This document shows, piece by piece, positions 27,793-32,000 of a DNA stretch of 32,000 bases. Source of the stretch: Nonlabens ponticola (lineage in GTDB: Bacteria > Bacteroidota > Bacteroidia > Flavobacteriales > Flavobacteriaceae); contig NZ_CP034549.1 of assembly GCF_003966335.1 (NCBI RefSeq), positions 2,820,001 through 2,852,000 on the forward strand. Reading direction: 5' to 3'. Made by a program: the position numbers and the translations under genes. The number at the start of each line of letters is the position of its first letter. The stretch's first letter is position 1. The notes beneath the pieces are model-generated. The model made no database searches, had not been told where the DNA came from, and saw only the letters and a list, made by a program, of their open reading frames with translations.

Positions 27793-28842
27793 ATGATGTT
27801 GACAATTTTACAATTAGCCCAAGCGGCTCAAGATAAATCCAAAGAAAATTCAGGCGGATCTGGATCAGGCGGTTCAGAGTCTGGTGGTAGTGCAGCCGAT
27901 AAAGCTGCCAATGGTGCCGAGAAAGGTAAAGATGCCGTTGAGCTTATTCTAGGACAGCTAGAATCGTGGTACACCAGTTTTATAGAAAACCTACCCAACC
28001 TTGCCGTAGCGATCGTATTTCTAGTAGTAGCATTTTTTGTTTCTAGATGGGTCAATACAGGTGTTCAAAAATTACTTAACCATCGAGTACCACAAAAAAG
28101 CATCAAGAGAATCGCAGGTAAGTTTGCAGCGGTCATCGTTGTGCTTGCAGGTATTTTTATAGCGTTGAGTGTCATGAACCTAGACGATCTAGTAAGCGGT
28201 ATCATCGCCGGTGCTGGTATATCTGGTCTAGTGGTAGGTCTTGCCTTGCAAGGCACATTATCTAACACCGTTAGTGGTGTAGTGTTATCCTTCCGTAAGC
28301 AAGTGCGCATAGGCGATTGGGTAACCACAAATGGTTATGAAGGCGAGATCGTGGATATAAAATTGAGCACCACCGTAGTAAAAGAGCCTGACAATAATCT
28401 AGTCATCATTCCCAACAAGATGGTATTAGAAAACCCTATGAAGAACGCATCATTGACTGATAAAATGCGTATCATCATTGAGTGCGGTGTTGGTTATGAG
28501 ACAGACTTACAACATGCCAAGGATGTTGCGTGTAAAGCAATAAGCGATGCGTTTGAAGATGTAGAAAAGCCAGAAGATGTAGAGTTTTACTACCGTGAAT
28601 TCGGCGACAGTAGTATCAATTTTATGTTGCGATTTTGGTACAATGCAGAGCGTGGTATCGAACGATTAACATCGACCAGTAAGGCTATCATGGCAATTAA
28701 AAAGGCTTATGATAACGAGGATATTAATATTCCATTCCCAATACGTACGCTGCAATTTGACAACGAGCTCACAATGAACCAACCGTCAAAAAGCAAGAAG
28801 AAAGGAAATGACAAGACCCAATCTTCTGCTGAAGAAGAGTAG
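27793..28842 (+). CDS. Mechanosensitive ion channel (MscS) family protein
   Basis: TM helices are followed by the MscS beta-domain signature (VRIGDWVTTNGYEGEIVDIKLSTTVVKEPDNNLVIIPN). The track ORF begins at a TTG at 27784, and I use the first ATG instead. The N-terminus is Gly/Ser-rich and low in complexity. Confidence 0.88.
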   Translation: MMLTILQLAQAAQDKSKENSGGSGSGGSESGGSAADKAANGAEKGKDAVELILGQLESWYTSFIENLPNLAVAIVFLVVAFFVSRWVNTGVQKLLNHRVPQKSIKRIAGKFAAVIVVLAGIFIALSVMNLDDLVSGIIAGAGISGLVVGLALQGTLSNTVSGVVLSFRKQVRIGDWVTTNGYEGEIVDIKLSTTVVKEPDNNLVIIPNKMVLENPMKNASLTDKMRIIIECGVGYETDLQHAKDVACKAISDAFEDVEKPEDVEFYYREFGDSSINFMLRFWYNAERGIERLTSTSKAIMAIKKAYDNEDINIPFPIRTLQFDNELTMNQPSKSKKKGNDKTQSSAEEE

Positions 28843-28869
28843 CAACTTGTTATAAATTATTTGAGATTA

Positions 28870-28898
28870 AATCCTGCTTGTAATAAGCAGGATTTTTT
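28870..28898 (+). terminator. Rho-independent terminator of the MscS-family gene
   Basis: A 10-bp perfect stem, AATCCTGCTT / AAGCAGGATT, encloses a 5-nt loop and runs into TTTTTT. Confidence 0.85.
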
Positions 28899-28907
28899 GT
28901 GAATTAC

Positions 28908-28921
28908 GCTTTCGCGAAAGC
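28908..28921. repeat. Iterated palindrome GCTTTCGCGAAAGC, copy 7 (intergenic, 10 nt after the MscS terminator)
   Basis: An exact 14-mer with flanks ttac and aaaa. Confidence 0.99.
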
Positions 28922-29034
28922 AAAATCATCACCAAAACCATGACATGAATAATCAATCTTAACAAAAGAATAAGCATGTCAACAAAATAAGCGAGCCAAA
29001 AAAAGGTTGTAACCATACCTTAAAACCCTAAAAA

Positions 29035-29892
29035 ATGAAAAACTACCCAAAAGTAGTTGCTGCATCCCTTGTAGCTGCTGCAATGACAGTAAGTTGTGTA
29101 TCAAAGAAAAAATACACAGAACTTGAAAACGATTACAATAACACTCGATCAGAGCTTGTGAAAACTCGAGTAGCTAAAGAAGATCTTGAGGCAAGATTTG
29201 AGGCTATCGAACAACGCGTGGATCGCTACAACGAGAAAATCGCATCTCTACAAGCATCGCAAGAAGGCATGATGGTCAAGACTGCAGATGGTGACCTTGT
29301 GTTAAGCGATAAGAACAAGGCGGCCATGCGTCGTACATTACAAAATGTGCCTAGCGAAAAATTATCAGGAGCCACAACACTCAAGGACAGTGTAAATCTT
29401 GCCATATCATATAAAATGAGCCAGCGACTATCTGGCGTCAATGAAGGCAAGAACATTGACATGAAGATAGAAAACACCGTAGTCATGATTGAGATCGCCG
29501 ATGAAATGCTATTTAACGACAGTAGTTACCGTGTTGGCAACAAGGCGGATGATATCCTTGAAAAAATCGCACAAGTCGTCAATAGCGAGCCGTCACTAGA
29601 GGTTCTAATTGAAGGACATACCGATAGTCGCACTGTGCGAGAAGGCAGCTACATCAAAGACAATTGGGACCTGAGTACAGAACGTGCTGCGGCAATCGCT
29701 AGAAGATTGTCAACTAAATTTGAGGTGCCCAACGAGCAATTAATCGTTGCAGGTAGAGCAAGTTATGATCCAGTTGCAGCAAACGATAGCAATGAGAATC
29801 GAGCGCGCAACAGGAGAACCCAAATCATCATCATGCCAGATCTCGATAAATTCTTTGGAATGCTAGAAAGTGAGACTCAAATTGTTAATTAG
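29035..29892 (+). CDS. OmpA family lipoprotein with an N-terminal coiled-coil
   Basis: It has the lipobox MTVSC and a coiled-coil-like N-terminal region. The C-terminal OmpA-like domain has IEGHTDS, WDLSTERAAAI and NRRTQIII. Confidence 0.88.
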   Translation: MKNYPKVVAASLVAAAMTVSCVSKKKYTELENDYNNTRSELVKTRVAKEDLEARFEAIEQRVDRYNEKIASLQASQEGMMVKTADGDLVLSDKNKAAMRRTLQNVPSEKLSGATTLKDSVNLAISYKMSQRLSGVNEGKNIDMKIENTVVMIEIADEMLFNDSSYRVGNKADDILEKIAQVVNSEPSLEVLIEGHTDSRTVREGSYIKDNWDLSTERAAAIARRLSTKFEVPNEQLIVAGRASYDPVAANDSNENRARNRRTQIIIMPDLDKFFGMLESETQIVN

Positions 29893-30046
29893 CAATTCTT
29901 TTTAATTTTCATTGATCTTGTATTTAACACGCGGCCAGCTGACTCATGTATAACGCGCCGTTAAAGGCAAGGTCTAAATTGTTAAATATCCTTTAATCTA
30001 TTGGTAAACAAACGTTATGAGCGATGCGTGCGAGCGCATCCTCATA

Positions 30047-30054
30047 TACCTTTG
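30047..30054 (+). promoter_or_regulatory. Putative -7 box TACCTTTG for the fasciclin gene
   Basis: It matches TAnnTTTG and ends 22 nt upstream of the ATG at 30077. A 6-bp stem hairpin, GATGCG-N6-CGCATC, lies just upstream at 30023-30040. Confidence 0.4.
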
Positions 30055-30076
30055 ATTCACAATTAAATCAACAATT

Positions 30077-30730
30077 ATGAATTTTACAAAAGTATTGAGT
30101 ATCGCATTGATCGCAGGAACAGTTACACTTGTTTCCTGTAATGATGCAGAGAAAGAAAAAGCAGAAAAAGAAAAAATGGAAATGGAGCAGCGCGCAGCAG
30201 ACTCTGTAGCCATGGAAGAGCAAAAAATGAAAGAGCGTGAAGACAACGCAATGATGGTAGGTGGTGCAAAAATGTACCAAGATCAGACTATCGTTGAGAA
30301 TGCTTCAAAAGCTAACAACTTGACAACTCTTGTAGCGGCAGTAAAAGCAGCTGGTCTTGTAGAGACTCTTAACAGTGATGGTCCATTTACAGTATTTGCA
30401 CCGGTAGATGATGCATTTGCAGCACTACCTGATGGAACTGTAAGCACATTATTGAAGCCAGAGAACAAAGAAACTCTTTCTGGTATCTTAACTTACCACG
30501 TGGTAAGCGGTAACGTTGATGCAGCATCATTGACTAAAATGATTCAAGACAACAACGGTAGCGTAACTGTGGACACGGTAAACGGTGGTAAACTAACAGC
30601 AGCTATTGAAGGTGGTAATGTAGTTATTACTGATGCTAAAGGTGGAAAAGCAACTGTAGTAGTTGCAGACATCAAGCAATCTAATGGTGTAGTACATGCA
30701 GTAGATGCAGTATTGATGCCAGCTAGCTAG
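30077..30730 (+). CDS. Fasciclin (FAS1) domain lipoprotein
   Basis: It has the lipobox TLVSC. FAS1 motifs are present: GPFTVFAPVDDAF, LTYHVV and NGVVHAVDAVLMP. Confidence 0.9.
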   Translation: MNFTKVLSIALIAGTVTLVSCNDAEKEKAEKEKMEMEQRAADSVAMEEQKMKEREDNAMMVGGAKMYQDQTIVENASKANNLTTLVAAVKAAGLVETLNSDGPFTVFAPVDDAFAALPDGTVSTLLKPENKETLSGILTYHVVSGNVDAASLTKMIQDNNGSVTVDTVNGGKLTAAIEGGNVVITDAKGGKATVVVADIKQSNGVVHAVDAVLMPAS

Positions 30731-30755
30731 GAGTTAACGTCCTTTTAAAAATTAG

Positions 30756-30786
30756 AAAGCCTGAAGCGATGCTTCAGGCTTTTTTT
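30756..30786. terminator. Bidirectional rho-independent terminator between the convergent fasciclin and M16 peptidase genes
   Basis: A 12-bp perfect stem, AAAGCCTGAAGC / GCTTCAGGCTTT, encloses a 3-nt loop. TTTTTT follows on the plus strand, and the A-rich left flank gives a weaker T-tract on the minus strand. Confidence 0.85.
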
Positions 30787-30807
30787 ATGGTACACAATTA
30801 ATTGCTC

Positions 30808-32000
30808 TTACTTGATCAACTTTATATTCTTGATGTTAAGTTGTTTAAGTCGTTCAAATTGTGTGGCTGCATCGCCTACAATAACATAATACATAGCATC
30901 TGGATTGATGTACTGCTGGGCGAGAACCTTCACTTGCTCTACCGTTAAATTTCTAACATATTGTTGTTGCTGTAAGGCATAGTCTGCAGGTTTGTCAAAT
31001 GACTGCATCGTATTAAGTAATTGCAATTTTGCTCCTGCGGTTTCATACTCTCTGGCACTTGATTTGACCATGTAGCTCTTTGTCACCTCAAGATCCTGGT
31101 CACTATAAGAATTGGCATAGTTTCTCAATATATTTCTTATTAGAGCAGTTGACTCTAACGTGACATTGCTGCGCACACCACTGCTCAATGTAAATTCACC
31201 TAGGTCCTCGTTTCCTGTAAATCTAGAGCCTATGCCATAGGTGTAACCTTTTGCTTCACGCAACTGTTGCATCAATTGGCTTGCAAATCCACCACCGCCT
31301 AAACGATAGTTCATGACCTCTACCGCATAATAATCTGGATGCATCGCAGAAATTGATGGGTTCCCGAATCTCAATACCGATTGTTTTGCACCAGGAACAT
31401 CATAAAATAAAACGATTGGCTCACTAATGGCTGGTGCTGGGTCATAAACCGGTATTTCCATACCAACGGTCGTCCAGCGCTCATTTAAACTGGTTAATGA
31501 CTGACCGATGGAATCTTGATCTATATCACCTACCACCATAAAAGATGTATTTGATGGTGCCATCGCCGTTGCATAGTATTGCTTAAGGTCATTGATCGAC
31601 AAACTGCCAACTGTTTCTACTGTTCCTAGGCCGCTGTGTGATAATACGTGATCGTCACCGTAGAGCGCCTTATAATATTTAGAAGACGCGATGGCATTAG
31701 GATTACCCAGCTGCTCTTCAATAGCGCTCAAGGCTTGTTTCTTGAGTATTTCAAACTCTTCTTCATCCCAACGTGGTTGTAGCAGTATTTCTTCAACAAG
31801 CTCCATGGTTTTATCATAATTGCGTGCCAATGTGGTACCCGTAGTAGTGACTGATTCATTTCCTGCAAAAATATTGATGCTCGTTCCCAGATCATCAAGC
31901 GCTTCTTCTAGCTGTTGCACACTTTTATCTTGAGTTCCTTTAAGCATTAACAAGGCAGTTAGTCTAGCGGCACCAGCCTTATCTGCAGGCTCTAATAATT
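30808..32000 (-). CDS. M16 (insulinase/pitrilysin) family peptidase, C-terminal part; the gene continues past the right edge
   Basis: The sequence is typical of an M16 non-catalytic domain. The frame stays open upstream of the track's Met (LLEPADKAGAARLTALLMLMLKGT) all the way to position 32000. Confidence 0.8.
   Translation of the reverse strand, partial: LLEPADKAGAARLTALLMLKGTQDKSVQQLEEALDDLGTSINIFAGNESVTTTGTTLARNYDKTMELVEEILLQPRWDEEEFEILKKQALSAIEEQLGNPNAIASSKYYKALYGDDHVLSHSGLGTVETVGSLSINDLKQYYATAMAPSNTSFMVVGDIDQDSIGQSLTSLNERWTTVGMEIPVYDPAPAISEPIVLFYDVPGAKQSVLRFGNPSISAMHPDYYAVEVMNYRLGGGGFASQLMQQLREAKGYTYGIGSRFTGNEDLGEFTLSSGVRSNVTLESTALIRNILRNYANSYSDQDLEVTKSYMVKSSAREYETAGAKLQLLNTMQSFDKPADYALQQQQYVRNLTVEQVKVLAQQYINPDAMYYVIVGDAATQFERLKQLNIKNIKLIK

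Noticed and set aside
27840-27900. A Gly/Ser-rich stretch (NSGGSGSGGSESGGSA) at the N-terminus of the MscS-family protein resembles an engineered flexible linker.
   Set aside because: Codon usage within it is varied and it flows directly into a normal channel sequence. Low-complexity N-terminal tails are common in secreted and membrane proteins. There is no vector-like or junction sequence around it.
1650-28921. I considered whether the iterated palindromes are a CRISPR array, MITEs or parS sites.
   Set aside because: They are not CRISPR, because spacing is on the kilobase scale and most copies lie inside essential genes. They are not MITE or REP copies, because nothing beyond about 18 bp is shared between loci. 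They are not canonical parS, because the consensus TGTTNCACGTGAAACA is not matched, and only the half-site GYTTC looks loosely similar.
30023-30040. The hairpin GATGCG-TGCGAG-CGCATC lies upstream of the fasciclin gene.
   Set aside because: It has only a 6-bp stem, no T-tract and no second copy in the window. It could be a minor operator or simply chance. I noted it in the promoter feature but it is not strong enough for a finding.

Overview
This window looks like a housekeeping stretch of a Bacteroidota chromosome, probably Flavobacteriaceae. The evidence for that placement is the gldB/gldC gliding-motility genes, TAnnTTTG -7 promoter boxes, and a long-tailed FtsZ ending in FLHDNPD. The minus strand from 824 to 16264 carries a complete, tightly packed dcw cluster: mraZ-rsmH-ftsL-ftsI-murE-mraY-murD-ftsW-murG-murC-ftsQ-ftsA-ftsZ. 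A GatB/YqeY gene and a truncated small gene at the left edge follow it. To the right lie an alpha/beta hydrolase and engB (+), a gldB-gldC-DUF3820 operon (-), nadE (+), an orphan NarL-type response regulator (+) and dnaG (-). Next comes a four-gene minus-strand module of ECF sigma, anti-sigma and two paralogous beta-barrel proteins. After that are era (-), an MscS-family channel (+), an OmpA-family lipoprotein (+), a fasciclin lipoprotein (+) and a truncated M16 peptidase (-) at the right edge. I saw no rRNA, tRNA, CRISPR array, transposase, integrase or recognisable defence genes, so by gene content this is an ordinary core region. The most unusual signal is not a gene. The perfect 14-bp palindrome GCTTTCGCGAAAGC occurs seven times, five times inside genes in all three reading frames and twice between genes, at fairly even spacing of about 4.5 kb. 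This resembles a highly iterated palindrome or a protein-binding/uptake-type sequence. Lesser points are a three-repeat putative MraZ operator upstream of mraZ, a response regulator whose phospho-acceptor Asp appears to be replaced by Glu, and a GC-rich, hairpin-rich 248-bp spacer upstream of the ECF sigma gene. All protein calls rest on my recognition of family motifs in the supplied translations. No database search was possible.
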